From an uncultured Mediterraneibacter sp. (GTDB taxonomy: Bacteria; Bacillota; Clostridia; Lachnospirales; Lachnospiraceae), in assembly GCA_944377805.1 (NCBI GenBank), contig CALWFZ010000005.1:50697-114696 (forward strand): a stretch of 64,000 nucleotides of DNA, given 5' to 3'. Each line of letters opens with the position of its first letter. Position 1 is the stretch's first letter. The notes under the pieces were generated by a model. The model was given only the letters and a program-made list of their open reading frames with translations. It was not told the origin of the DNA and searched no databases. The translations under genes and the position numbers were made by a program. Below are positions 1 through 9,581 of the stretch, in pieces.

Positions 1-15
1 TAATTTGATGACTGA

Positions 16-50
16 AGGCGGGATCTGATACAGATGAGATCCTGCCTTTT
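16..50 (+). terminator. Rho-independent terminator of a gene ending upstream of the window
   Basis: Stem AGGCGGGATCT (16-26) pairs with AGATCCTGCCT (37-47) with one G.U pair. The loop is 10 nt and the stem runs into TTTT. Confidence 0.5.
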
Positions 51-103
51 GACACTTCTGGTGGTTACTATGATATTGGAGAGTGAAAGATAAAATGAAA
101 ATT

Positions 104-144
104 TATGCAAAAGTATTGCATTTTTATGCATAAAAGTGTATACT
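104..144 (+). promoter_or_regulatory. argF promoter with overlapping ARG-box-like (ArgR/AhrC-type) operators
   Basis: TTGCAT (116-121), 17 nt, then TG-n-TATACT (137-144). A palindromic core TGCAT-TTTT-ATGCA lies at 117-130, and TGCAA-N5-TTGCA at 106-120. Both resemble the TGAAT-w4-ATTCA ARG box and overlap the -35. Confidence 0.5.
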
Positions 145-178
145 GGGACATAATGAAATGATAGTGAGGAATAGAACA

Positions 179-1174
179 ATGAACTTAAAAGGACGCAATT
201 TTCTGACGTTGAAAGATTTTACTCCCGAGGAGATTACATATCTGCTTGATCTGTCAGCGGAGGTAAAGGAGAAGAAGAAAAACGGCGAGCCGGTTGACAA
301 TTATAAAGGGAAAAATGTAGCTCTGATCTTTGAAAAAGACAGCACGCGGACGCGGTGCGCGTTTGAGGTGGCGGCTCATGACATGGGGATGGGCACTACT
401 TATCTGGGCCCTTCGGGATCACAGATAGGAAAAAAGGAGAGCATCGAGGATACTGCGCGGGTGCTCGGCCGGATGTATGACGGAATCGAATACCGCGGTT
501 ATGGTCAGGATATCGTGGAGGAACTGGCGAAATACGCAGGTGTACCGGTATGGAACGGGCTGACGAATGAATATCACCCGACACAGATGCTGGCGGATAT
601 GCTGACGATTCGTGAGAATTTCGGCAAATTAAAAGGACTGAAGCTGGTGTATATGGGGGATGCCCGCTACAATATGGGTAATTCTCTCATGGTGGCGTGT
701 TCCAAGCTGGGGCTGGATTTTGTCGCGTGTACAACGGAGGAATATTTCCCGAATGCGGATCTTGTCGCACAGTGCCGGGAGTACGCCAAAGAGTCCGGCT
801 CATCTGTTACTCTGACGTCTGATGTGAAAGAGGGAACGAAAGACGCTGACGTGATATGCACAGATGTGTGGGTATCTATGGGAGAACCGGATGCGGTGTG
901 GGAGAAGAGAATCAAAGACCTTTCGCCCTATAAAGTGACGAAAGAAGTGATGGCAAACGCAAAAAAAAGCGCGATCTTTCTTCACTGCCTGCCCGCATTT
1001 CATGACCTGAAGACAAAGATCGGGAAAGAGATAGGGGAGCGCTTTGGCATTAAAGATATGGAAGTGACCGATGAAGTATTCGAGTCGGAGCAGTCGAAAG
1101 TATTCGATGAGGCGGAAAACCGGATGCACACGATCAAGGCAGTTATGATGGCTACGCTTGGCGTACAGTTGTAG
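179..1174 (+). CDS. argF: Ornithine carbamoyltransferase
   Basis: The [24 protein letters not shown] and HCLPAF motifs are present. The ATG at 179 follows GTGAGGA (165-171). The track ORF start at 158 has no RBS. Confidence 0.9.
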   Translation: MNLKGRNFLTLKDFTPEEITYLLDLSAEVKEKKKNGEPVDNYKGKNVALIFEKDSTRTRCAFEVAAHDMGMGTTYLGPSGSQIGKKESIEDTARVLGRMYDGIEYRGYGQDIVEELAKYAGVPVWNGLTNEYHPTQMLADMLTIRENFGKLKGLKLVYMGDARYNMGNSLMVACSKLGLDFVACTTEEYFPNADLVAQCREYAKESGSSVTLTSDVKEGTKDADVICTDVWVSMGEPDAVWEKRIKDLSPYKVTKEVMANAKKSAIFLHCLPAFHDLKTKIGKEIGERFGIKDMEVTDEVFESEQSKVFDEAENRMHTIKAVMMATLGVQL

Positions 1175-1250
1175 GCCTCATTTGGCTTGACATTCGGAAG
1201 TTCGTATGCTACTCTTTTCTACAGATCATAGATTGATATGACTGGTAAAA

Positions 1251-1590
1251 GCGATGACGAAGAGAGTAGTCTGGCGGAAGTCTTACAGAGAAGTCCTGAG
1301 TGTGTGAAGACCGGATGAAGCGAGCGGCAAAAGGAAGCTGAGCTGAGCGGCCGGTGGAGCGCCTTTGCTGAGAGGGATAGATGAAAGACAGATGAACATG
1401 GCTTCTGAGCAGCGCACCGAACTGTGCGAATGTACGGCAAGGCTGCGATGGGTCCGCCCTTTACAGCGGATGAGTGCTGACAGGCACTTGATGAGGTTCC
1501 GCTCCGCGAGGAAGGGACGAAGAGAAGTGGTAACACGGTATGAACAGCAGCCGTCTTCTTAACCTGGGTTAAGAGGACGGCTTTTTGTGA
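1251..1590 (+). promoter_or_regulatory. T-box riboswitch leader, AUG (Met) specifier, controlling metG
   Basis: The 5' stem I reads GCGATGA-CGAAG-AGAGTA. The 3' side reads GAAC-ATG-G-CTTC-TGAGCA (specifier ATG at 1398-1400, followed by a purine). The T-box sequence AAGTGGTAACACGG lies at 1525-1538. The terminator is GCCGTCTTCTTAAC (1550-1563) / GTTAAGAGGACGGC (1568-1581) plus TTTTT. A possible promoter is TTGACA 1187-1192 with TACTCT 1210-1215. Confidence 0.7.
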
Positions 1591-1676
1591 CGGCGGCGAG
1601 CCAAAGTCCGGGCTTGCCCGAGACCTTGACGACCGCTTACAATCCCGGAATATGCATTCTGGCACTTCCGGTGATT
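1587..1676 (+). repeat. Terminator-adjacent dispersed repeat, copy 1 (full length, inside the metG leader)
   Basis: About 77 of 90 positions are identical to copy 2 (19593-19682) by hand alignment. It starts directly after the T-box terminator T-run. Confidence 0.8.
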
Positions 1677-1726
1677 TAGGATAAAAATGCCAGGAGAAAT
1701 TCAATCTGGAATACGAGGAGGTTTAT

Positions 1727-3658
1727 ATGTCAGAAAATCAACAGAACCCTAAATATTATATCACGACGGCGATCGCCTACACGTCAGGAAAACCGCACAT
1801 CGGAAACACATATGAGATTGTGCTTGCGGATGCGATTGCCCGCTACAAGAGGAGCCGGGGCTGCGATGTGTTCTTCCAGACGGGAACGGATGAACACGGA
1901 CAGAAGATCGAATTGAAAGCGGGAGAGGCGGGGGTCTCTCCAAAGGAACTTGTGGATAATGTATCTGCTGAGATCAAACGGATCTGGGATCTGATGGACA
2001 CATCGTATGATAAGTTCATTCGCACGACGGATGAGGACCACGAGAAGCAGGTACAGAAGATCTTCAAGAAACTGTATGACCAGGGAGACATCTATAAAGG
2101 ACATTATGAGGGAATGTACTGTACTCCCTGCGAGTCGTTTTTTACGGAATCTCAGCTCGTGGACGGGAAATGCCCGGACTGCGGACGCGAGGTGCAGCCG
2201 GCAAAAGAGGAGGCATATTTCTTTAAGATGAGTAAATATGCGGATCGTCTGATCGAGCATATCAATACGCACCCTGAGTTCATTCAGCCGGTGTCCAGGA
2301 AAAATGAGATGATGAATAACTTCCTCCTTCCGGGGCTTCAGGATCTCTGTGTATCCAGAACTTCTTTTAAATGGGGCATCCCGGTGGACTTTGATGACAA
2401 ACATGTAGTGTATGTATGGCTGGACGCGCTCACGAACTATATCACGGGTATCGGATATGACGCGGAGGGCGGAAGTACGGAGCAGTTTGAGAAACTGTGG
2501 CCGGCGGACTTGCATCTGATCGGTAAGGACATCATCCGTTTCCACACGATCTACTGGCCGATTTTCCTGATGGCGCTGGGCCTGCCGCTTCCGAAACAGG
2601 TTTTCGGGCACCCGTGGCTTTTGCAGGGGGACGGTAAGATGAGCAAATCAAAGGGAAATGTGCTTTACGCGGATGAACTGGTGGATTTCTTCGGCGTGGA
2701 CGCAGTGCGCTATTTCGTGCTTCATGAGATGCCCTTTGAGAATGACGGTGTGATCACATGGGAACTGATGGTAGAGAGGCTTAATTCGGATCTGGCCAAC
2801 ACGCTGGGAAACCTTGTAAACCGCACAGTATCCATGACAAACAAATATTTCGGCGGTACAGTCTCGGACAAAGGCGTATCCGAAGAGGTTGACGCGGATC
2901 TGAAAGCCGTGATCGAGAGCGCGCCGAAGGCGGTTGATGAGAAGATGGAAGGCCTGCGCGTTGCGGATGCGATCACAGAAATATTCAATCTCTTCAAGCG
3001 GTGTAATAAATACATTGATGAGACAATGCCGTGGGTTCTCGCGAAGGATGAGACGAAGAAAGACCGTCTGGAGACGGTACTGTGGAATCTGATTCTGGGC
3101 ATTTCGGCAGGAGCAGAACTTCTGAAATCGTTCATGCCTTCTACAAGCAGAAAGATCTTAGAGCAGCTTGGCAAAGGACATGTGACAGACAAGCCGGAAA
3201 TTCTCTTCCAGCGTCTGGATATTGAAGAAGTTATGAAGAAAGTCGAAGAACTTCACCCGCACACAGATGAGGAGCCGGGCGATGGAGAGGGCAGTGCGAA
3301 AGAGGGGCCGGTTATCGACATCGAGCCGAAAGAAGAGATCACGTTTGACCAGTTCGGGGTAATGCAGTTCCAGGTAGGTGAGATCATCGCCTGTGAGGAA
3401 GTGAAAAAATCCAGAAAGCTTCTCTGCTCTCAGGTGAAGATCGGAAGCCAGGTAAAGCAGATTGTTTCGGGGATCAAGGCCTACTATACCCCGGAGGAGA
3501 TGGTTGGAAAGAAAGTGATGGTACTTGTAAACTTAAAGCCGGCGAAACTGGCAGGAGTGCTCTCTGAGGGAATGCTTCTCTGCGCGGAAGATGCAGAAGG
3601 TAACCTGTCTCTGATGGTGCCGGAGAAAGAGATGCCGGCGGGAGCTGAGATCTGCTGA
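1727..3658 (+). CDS. metG: Methionyl-tRNA synthetase with C-terminal tRNA-binding (Trbp111/EMAP-like) domain
   Basis: Class I HIGN motif (GKPHIGNTYE), KMSKS, and a zinc knuckle CTPCES...CPDCG. The C-terminal OB domain reads QVGEIIACEEVKKSRKLL...LVNLKPAKLAG. RBS is GAGGAGG. Confidence 0.95.
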   Translation: MSENQQNPKYYITTAIAYTSGKPHIGNTYEIVLADAIARYKRSRGCDVFFQTGTDEHGQKIELKAGEAGVSPKELVDNVSAEIKRIWDLMDTSYDKFIRTTDEDHEKQVQKIFKKLYDQGDIYKGHYEGMYCTPCESFFTESQLVDGKCPDCGREVQPAKEEAYFFKMSKYADRLIEHINTHPEFIQPVSRKNEMMNNFLLPGLQDLCVSRTSFKWGIPVDFDDKHVVYVWLDALTNYITGIGYDAEGGSTEQFEKLWPADLHLIGKDIIRFHTIYWPIFLMALGLPLPKQVFGHPWLLQGDGKMSKSKGNVLYADELVDFFGVDAVRYFVLHEMPFENDGVITWELMVERLNSDLANTLGNLVNRTVSMTNKYFGGTVSDKGVSEEVDADLKAVIESAPKAVDEKMEGLRVADAITEIFNLFKRCNKYIDETMPWVLAKDETKKDRLETVLWNLILGISAGAELLKSFMPSTSRKILEQLGKGHVTDKPEILFQRLDIEEVMKKVEELHPHTDEEPGDGEGSAKEGPVIDIEPKEEITFDQFGVMQFQVGEIIACEEVKKSRKLLCSQVKIGSQVKQIVSGIKAYYTPEEMVGKKVMVLVNLKPAKLAGVLSEGMLLCAEDAEGNLSLMVPEKEMPAGAEIC

Positions 3659-3719
3659 TAACGGCCGGGCAGCTGACACAGAAAAAATAGAATGACAGCA
3701 CAGGGGGCAGGGTGAAAAG

Positions 3720-4808
3720 TTACCCTGCCCCTAATTCGTTCAGAAGCCTTGTGTTCTCCTGCGGCATCATCACACAGAAACGAATGTACTCACCATCTAA
3801 GCATTGAAATGACGAACAATCCCTTATCATCAGGCCTGCCCGGATACATCGCTCAAACACATCGAATGATGTGATTCCATTCTCTGTGATTCTGACAAGG
3901 AGAAAGTTGGCGTACGGCTGATATGTTTTATAGAACGGCATACCGGAGATCTCACGGTACATCCGCTCCCGTTCCGACAGGATGAGTTCTCTTGTCTGCC
4001 GGATATACTCCTGATCCTTGAACATCATCTCTCCCGCAAACGCGCCGATGCTGTTTAAAGACCAGGGGATCTGTTTTTCTCTCATCTTCTTTAAGAAGCC
4101 GGTATTGCCTGTGATGCCATATCCGAACCGCATTCCCGGCGCCGCGAAGAACTTGGATACTCCGCGCAGAACCATCATATCAGGGAAATCCCGGGTGAGA
4201 GGAACTGCTGACACAGCGTGAATATCAGGCGCAAACTCAACATATGTTTCATCAATCATGACGAAAATACCGTGTTCCCGGCAGAATGAAAGGAGCAGGC
4301 GCAGATCATTTTGGGATACGGCCGAGGAAGTGGGATTATTCGGATTACACAGAATCAGAAAATCGTATCCGTCTCTCAGTGCATGGCACAGATCCTCCGT
4401 ATCCAGTTCAAAATTGTGTTCTTCTTTTAAATGGTAATACTCCTGCGTGCTTCCTGAAAAGGATAATTCCCGGGAATATTCAGAGTAGGTCGGGCCGAGG
4501 ATCAATGTATGTCTGGGAGCGAGAACTTCTATGAGGAGTGAGATCAGTTCGCTTGAACCATTGCCCGGAAGAATGAATTCGGCGGGAACATTACAGTACT
4601 CAGAAATTGTGCGCCGAAGAGAAGTATACTCCCGGTCGGGATAGGAGGAGAGTAGATCCAGATGGCCGGCAATGGCTGACTTTATTCTCCCGGACAGACC
4701 GAGGGGATTGACGTTACTTCCGAAGTTTGTAATATCTTCCTTTTTCAGATGATAATAATCACAGATCTTTTCAATGTCGCTTCCGTGAAACAGCGGTTTT
4801 GTACTCAT
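3720..4808 (-). CDS. Class I/II-fold PLP-dependent aminotransferase/decarboxylase (CobD / HisC-like)
   Basis: 362-aa ORF with an FHGSD...NVNPLG N-terminus and length and fold signatures typical of threonine-phosphate decarboxylase or histidinol-phosphate aminotransferase relatives. The subfamily was not resolved by eye. Confidence 0.65.
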   Translation of the reverse strand: MSTKPLFHGSDIEKICDYYHLKKEDITNFGSNVNPLGLSGRIKSAIAGHLDLLSSYPDREYTSLRRTISEYCNVPAEFILPGNGSSELISLLIEVLAPRHTLILGPTYSEYSRELSFSGSTQEYYHLKEEHNFELDTEDLCHALRDGYDFLILCNPNNPTSSAVSQNDLRLLLSFCREHGIFVMIDETYVEFAPDIHAVSAVPLTRDFPDMMVLRGVSKFFAAPGMRFGYGITGNTGFLKKMREKQIPWSLNSIGAFAGEMMFKDQEYIRQTRELILSERERMYREISGMPFYKTYQPYANFLLVRITENGITSFDVFERCIRAGLMIRDCSSFQCLDGEYIRFCVMMPQENTRLLNELGAG

Positions 4809-4934
4809 AATGTTATCTCCTGTTATACCTTAAATAAAACGCGCGCAGCGCCTTGTACAATTATTATACCACATGCGCACAGAAGGATGCGATGCGACAG
4901 CGGCATTTTCTTCTCAAGTTGCAGTTAATAACTA

Positions 4935-4963
4935 TTGACTTTTTAATTATTATGTACTATATT
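4935..4963 (+). promoter_or_regulatory. Putative sigma-A promoter of the UVR-protein/clpC operon
   Basis: TTGACT (4935-4940), 17 nt, then TATATT (4958-4963). Confidence 0.4.
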
Positions 4964-5041
4964 ATTAAAAACTTAACAATTAAGTGTTGAACAACGTCGG
5001 GCGATCCCCGGCGCCATTGTGATATAAAGAGGTGAATATGA

Positions 5042-5410
5042 ATGAAATGCCAATTTTGCAATAAAGAAAAAGTAGACAGAGTTTTCTACATAAACTGGAT
5101 GGGAACCGTTTATCAGGTTCCGGTCTGCTCTGAGTGTCTGCAGAAAATGTGGAATCAGGCGGCGGCATCGGGAAGAACAGAAGAATTTAAAAACTATACG
5201 GGCTGGTGGCCGGGAAAGCGGGATCCGAGACATTTCGGCGACCGGGCATTTCCGGAAGAGGCTGTCCCCGGACTGATAAGGCGCCGCAGACTTTCTGCTC
5301 TTAAGCTGCGTCTCCAAGAGGCTGCCGACATGGAGAACTATGAGGAGGCGGCGAAGCTGCGGGATGACATTGCAGTGATGGAAAAGGAGGTGTGCGCGCA
5401 TGGAAATTAA
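5042..5410 (+). CDS. UvrB/UvrC-motif (UVR) protein with N-terminal Cys4 zinc finger, McsA-like
   Basis: CQFCN...CSEC cysteines and a C-terminal UVR-like helix (ENYEEAAKLRDDIAVMEKE). RBS is AGAGGTGA. It overlaps the clpC start by 11 nt. Confidence 0.7.
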   Translation: MKCQFCNKEKVDRVFYINWMGTVYQVPVCSECLQKMWNQAAASGRTEEFKNYTGWWPGKRDPRHFGDRAFPEEAVPGLIRRRRLSALKLRLQEAADMENYEEAAKLRDDIAVMEKEVCAHGN

Positions 5411-7946
5411 TCTGAATTTATTCAGTCAGCGGACGATGAATCTCTTTCAGTCAGCGCTCAGGTTCGTGACTCATATGGAACATGGATTTATCGGAAGTGA
5501 ACATCTGCTCTGGGCGCTGGCATCAGAGCGCGGCGCTGCGGGAAGGGCTCTTCGGCGGAGCGGACTTAACAGGAAACTGGTTGAGGAATATTTACATCAG
5601 TATGATTTTGATGCAAAAGCAGGAGGCAACTTTCAGGCGGTACAGATCTCAGATGAGGCGGAGCAGGTGCTGCATCTTGCCGGGCAGCGCGCGAAGGCTC
5701 AGGGACATCATAAGGTGGAGCCGGAAGATCTTCTCAGGGGGATTCTGGATGCGGGAGACTGCGCGGCGGCGCAGCTTATTATGTCGTTGAAAGCAGATCC
5801 CGAGGAGATAAGAAAAGATCTGGAAGATGGACAGACGCCAGCTCTCGCAAAACATGTATCACCTGCCGACGCCGTATCCGCGGAGGACGCATATGAGGTT
5901 CCTTACGGAGAAACAGGCAGCCGGAGAGGACAGGAAGAAGAGGAGCAGGCGGAAGAGGAGGAAGAGTCAGTGCTGGTGAAATTCGGCACAGACATGACGG
6001 CCAGAGCAGCGGAGGGCGCCTATGATCCGATGATCGGAAGGGACGAAGTACTGGAGCGTCTGATCCAGGTACTATCCCGCCGCACCAAGAATAATCCTGT
6101 TCTGACAGGAGAGCCGGGAGTGGGAAAGACGGCCGTGATCGAAGGGCTGGCTCAGAGAATTTCAGACGGTTCGATCCCGGTAAATCTGAGAAATAAGCGG
6201 ATCGTAGCTATGGATCTTGTCGGAATGCTCTCAGGGGCAAGATTTCGGGGAGATTTTGAGGAGCGTATGAAAACATTTCTGGAAGAGGCAGAAGCTGACG
6301 GAGACGTGGTTCTCTTTATCGATGAGCTGCACATGATTATGGGGGCAGGCGCCGGAGCAAGCGAGACAATGGACGCCGCCAATATTCTCAAGCCTATTCT
6401 GGCGCGAGGAGGCCTTCAGGTAATCGGGGCGACGACTCTTAAGGAATACAGGCGCCATATAGAGAAGGATGCGGCTTTTGAGCGGCGTTTTCAGCCGGTT
6501 GCAGTGGAAGAGCCGGATCAGGAAGACGCAGTAAAGATTCTGCTTGGCCTGAAAGGAAAATACGAGACATATCATGGTCTTGTTATTACGGAAGATGCAG
6601 TGCGAGCCGCGGTAAGTTTGTCGGCGCGCTATATACAGGATCGTTTTCTGCCGGATAAAGCGGTTGACCTGATGGATGAGGCTGCTTCCCGCATCAAAAC
6701 CCGTGGGATGACGACACCGCCTTATCTTCTCGATCTGGAACAGGAGATCAGGAAAATCAGAAGGGAGAAAAAGAGAGCCGCAGAGGCGCAGGAATACGAG
6801 AAAGCTGCTGCTCTGCGTGACAGTCAGAACACTCTGGTCAGCGAACTGACGCGGAAACAGACAGAATGGCAGAAAAAGCAGTGCAGTCGGGTAGACGCAG
6901 AGGATATTGCGGAAGTAGTCGCGGCATGGACAAAGATACCGGTGACAATGCTCACAGAAGATGAGACTGAGCAGCTTCGCTCTCTGGAAGCGTCATTACA
7001 TAACAGGGTGATCGGACAGGACGCCGCCGTAAATGCGGTAGCAAGGGCGATTCGCCGCGGAAGAACCGGCGTAGCTGACCCGGAACGCCCGATAGGATCG
7101 TTTCTGTTCCTGGGCCCGACCGGAGTGGGAAAGACAGAGCTGTGCCGCGCTGTGGCTGAAGTGATGTTCCATGATGAGAATGCCATGATTCGCCTCGATA
7201 TGTCCGAGTATATGGAGCAGTACACAGTGTCCAAGCTGATCGGCTCTCCGCCCGGGTATGTAGGATATGACGAGGGAGGACAGCTCACCGAGATGGTCAG
7301 GAAAAAGCCTTACAGTATCATTCTTCTGGATGAGATCGAGAAGGCGCACCCGGATGTGTGGAACACGCTTCTTCAGATCCTGGACGACGGGCGGCTGACA
7401 GACGCTCAGGGGCGCACCGTCAGCTTTAAGAATACGATCATCGTCATGACGTCTAATATCGGAGCCAGAGAGATCACAGGAAAGACTTCCCTTGGGTTTG
7501 CGAGGAGCGAAGAGAATGGGGAACAGCGCCGGGAGGAGAATATACGGACCCGGGTCATGGAAGCGGTGAAGATGACGTTCCGTCCGGAGTTTATTAACCG
7601 TCTGGATGAAGTGATTGTGTTCCATCCGCTGAGACAGGAAGATGTAAGAAAGATCGCGGACCTCCAGATCGCTAAGCTGACAGAGCGGATGAGGCAGCAG
7701 GGAATAGCACTGTGTGTGGAAGAGAGTGCTGTGGAACTGCTCTCAGAGAAAGGATATGATCCGGCATTTGGCGCAAGACCGCTGAAGCGGACGATTCAGT
7801 CTATGCTCCAGAACGCTGTGGCGGACCGGATACTCGACGGCAGGCCGGGGGAGAAAGAAGAACTGGCTGTATCCGCTGACGGGGAGAAGATCAAGGTAGA
7901 GAAACGACCTTTATCAGAAAGAAAAGAGGAATACGCATTGCCGTAA
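5400..7946 (+). CDS. clpC: ATP-dependent Clp protease ATP-binding subunit ClpC-like (class I Clp/Hsp100)
   Basis: Clp_N repeats and two AAA+ modules ([18 protein letters not shown]). A UVR-like middle motif reads [12 protein letters not shown], and the C-terminal D2-small domain is present. Confidence 0.9.
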   Translation: MEINLNLFSQRTMNLFQSALRFVTHMEHGFIGSEHLLWALASERGAAGRALRRSGLNRKLVEEYLHQYDFDAKAGGNFQAVQISDEAEQVLHLAGQRAKAQGHHKVEPEDLLRGILDAGDCAAAQLIMSLKADPEEIRKDLEDGQTPALAKHVSPADAVSAEDAYEVPYGETGSRRGQEEEEQAEEEEESVLVKFGTDMTARAAEGAYDPMIGRDEVLERLIQVLSRRTKNNPVLTGEPGVGKTAVIEGLAQRISDGSIPVNLRNKRIVAMDLVGMLSGARFRGDFEERMKTFLEEAEADGDVVLFIDELHMIMGAGAGASETMDAANILKPILARGGLQVIGATTLKEYRRHIEKDAAFERRFQPVAVEEPDQEDAVKILLGLKGKYETYHGLVITEDAVRAAVSLSARYIQDRFLPDKAVDLMDEAASRIKTRGMTTPPYLLDLEQEIRKIRREKKRAAEAQEYEKAAALRDSQNTLVSELTRKQTEWQKKQCSRVDAEDIAEVVAAWTKIPVTMLTEDETEQLRSLEASLHNRVIGQDAAVNAVARAIRRGRTGVADPERPIGSFLFLGPTGVGKTELCRAVAEVMFHDENAMIRLDMSEYMEQYTVSKLIGSPPGYVGYDEGGQLTEMVRKKPYSIILLDEIEKAHPDVWNTLLQILDDGRLTDAQGRTVSFKNTIIVMTSNIGAREITGKTSLGFARSEENGEQRREENIRTRVMEAVKMTFRPEFINRLDEVIVFHPLRQEDVRKIADLQIAKLTERMRQQGIALCVEESAVELLSEKGYDPAFGARPLKRTIQSMLQNAVADRILDGRPGEKEELAVSADGEKIKVEKRPLSERKEEYALP

Positions 7947-8018
7947 AATACAAAAACAGGGCTGACAGCATTTTTGCTGACGGCTCTGTTTTATAGTTTG
8001 TGACTACGGGATTTTTTA

Positions 8019-8474
8019 TCAGTTGTGTTCTCTTCCAAGAGATGTATACAGATCATTCAGACTGTGCATCAGATTGAGCAGCTGCCGCATGTTGTCTTCG
8101 CCGAACCGGGAGAGAATTTCGCCCCAGAGCTCGTCGTACTTTTTCCTGGACTGCTCGGCGGCAGCCCTTCCCTTATCTGTAGCTCGAATGGATACCTTGC
8201 GGCGGTCTCTCGGATCAATCTCACGCGTGATATAGTTCTTCTTCTCGAGCGTGTTCAATATGTAAGAGATGGCAGGCTTTGAGATATTGAGCTTTTTCTG
8301 AATCTTCGGCACATCCAGATTCATGCACGGGCACTCGCGGCAGCATGTGCCTGCGATACTCTGAAGAATCACCATCTCATTCATCTGCATATCGCACTCA
8401 GAGGAGAGGGCGGATTCCAGTTTTCTGAAATGAACGATAGAAGTAAAAAACTGTTCTCTCAATTCACTGCTCAT
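8019..8474 (-). CDS. MarR-family transcriptional regulator
   Basis: Winged-HTH pattern (ISKPAISYILNTLEKKNYITREIDPRDRRKVSIRATDKG). Confidence 0.85.
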   Translation of the reverse strand: MSSELREQFFTSIVHFRKLESALSSECDMQMNEMVILQSIAGTCCRECPCMNLDVPKIQKKLNISKPAISYILNTLEKKNYITREIDPRDRRKVSIRATDKGRAAAEQSRKKYDELWGEILSRFGEDNMRQLLNLMHSLNDLYTSLGREHN

Positions 8475-8738
8475 GATTAACTCCTTAATTAGTAAATCTT
8501 TAATAAATTATACCTCAGCAGGATTGGTATTTCAAGGAAATTATCTGCGCCTGTAGGCTAACATATTCGCGTAAGAGGGATTCTGCTCGGTTTTGGAGGA
8601 TACGTCCTGGGGGAACTGCACACAGTTGATTTTTATTTAAATCTGAAATAAAATACAGTAAACAAATGATCAATACGAAGATAAAGAGCATTGCCCCGGA
8701 CCGGGACAGGGTGATAATGGGCTGAAGGAGAGAACACT

Positions 8739-9494
8739 ATGCGTATTATAATATCGCCGGCTAAGAAGATGAATACAGACACAGATACTCTTGAGTGCAG
8801 GAGCGTTCCTGTTTTTCTCGAGCAGACAGAGGAGCTCCTCCGATGGCTAAAGGGGCTTACGTTTGTGCAGGCGAAAAAACTCTGGAACTGTAATGAAAAG
8901 ATCGCGGAACAAAATTATAAAAGAGTGCAGGAGATGGCTCTTGGGAAAAACCTTACTCCGGCGGTTATATCCTATGAGGGGATTCAGTATCAGTATATGG
9001 CGCCCGCTGTATTTGGGGGAGCGCAGACCGATTATATTCAGGAGCATTTGCGCATCCTTTCGGGATTCTACGGAGTGCTCAGGCCCTTTGACGGTGTGAC
9101 GCCCTACCGGCTGGAGATGCAGGCCAAAGCGTCTGATAAGGGAAACCTGTATCAGTTCTGGGGAGACAGGCTGTACCGGGAAATTACGCGGGATGATGGG
9201 AGCGCACAGGGGAATGGACATCTGATTCTGAACCTGGCGTCAAAGGAGTACTCAAAGTGCGTGGAGAAATACTTAAGGTCTGAGGATGCATATCTTACGG
9301 TTATCTTCGGAGAACTCTCAGACGGGAAAGTGAAACAGAAAGGAACTTACGCCAAAATGGCCAGGGGAGAGATGGTGCGCTATCTCGCGGAGAACAATAT
9401 AGAGGAAGCGGAAGGGATCAAAGGATTTGACAGGTTGGGTTACCGGTTTGAGGAAGGTCTTTCCGGCGAGAGAGAATATGTGTTTCTGAGATAA
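8739..9494 (+). CDS. yaaA: YaaA-family peroxide stress protein (DUF328/UPF0246)
   Basis: N-terminus MRIIISPAKKM and family-typical length and pattern (YEGIQYQYM, LSGFYGVLRP). Confidence 0.85.
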   Translation: MRIIISPAKKMNTDTDTLECRSVPVFLEQTEELLRWLKGLTFVQAKKLWNCNEKIAEQNYKRVQEMALGKNLTPAVISYEGIQYQYMAPAVFGGAQTDYIQEHLRILSGFYGVLRPFDGVTPYRLEMQAKASDKGNLYQFWGDRLYREITRDDGSAQGNGHLILNLASKEYSKCVEKYLRSEDAYLTVIFGELSDGKVKQKGTYAKMARGEMVRYLAENNIEEAEGIKGFDRLGYRFEEGLSGEREYVFLR

Positions 9495-9581
9495 TTTGGT
9501 TGTAATCTGTTTTAAATCATGGTAAATTAGTTTACGGGCATGAATAATGCATACGTTTGAGAGCTTGAAGGAGGAAATTTT

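Noticed and set aside
1587-1676. Idea that the terminator-adjacent repeat is a group II intron fragment (class C introns insert after terminators, and the element begins GTGAC/GTGAT like GUGYG)
   Set aside because: The central hairpin does not reproduce the domain V AGC-triad pairing or the 34-nt geometry. No reverse-transcriptase ORF or other intron domains are adjacent. The resemblance is limited to the insertion context. It is kept only as a hypothesis about targeting.
1219-1704. 161-aa minus-strand ORF between argF and metG
   Set aside because: It lies entirely over the T-box leader and repeat copy 1. It has no RBS and a low-complexity Ser/Pro/Ala-rich translation, so the region is better explained as structured RNA.
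1784-2611. 275-aa ORF antisense to metG
   Set aside because: This is a shadow ORF inside a confidently identified gene. The translation has no motif and is Arg/Leu-rich, as expected for antisense sequence.
4809-5041. Search for a CtsR operator upstream of the UVR-protein/clpC operon
   Set aside because: No GGTCAAA heptad repeat was seen on either strand. Only a sigma-A-like promoter was found.
5482-5790. 102-aa alternative-frame ORF inside clpC, with similar small same-strand ORFs inside dnaE, pfkA and the siderophore ATPase gene
   Set aside because: These are out-of-frame ORFs within confidently assigned genes. They are Arg-rich and lack RBSs.
8490-8520. AT-rich TTAATAAATTATA near marR/yaaA as a PerR box
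   Set aside because: There are four or more mismatches to TTATAAT-N-ATTATAA when aligned, which is indistinguishable from AT-rich background.
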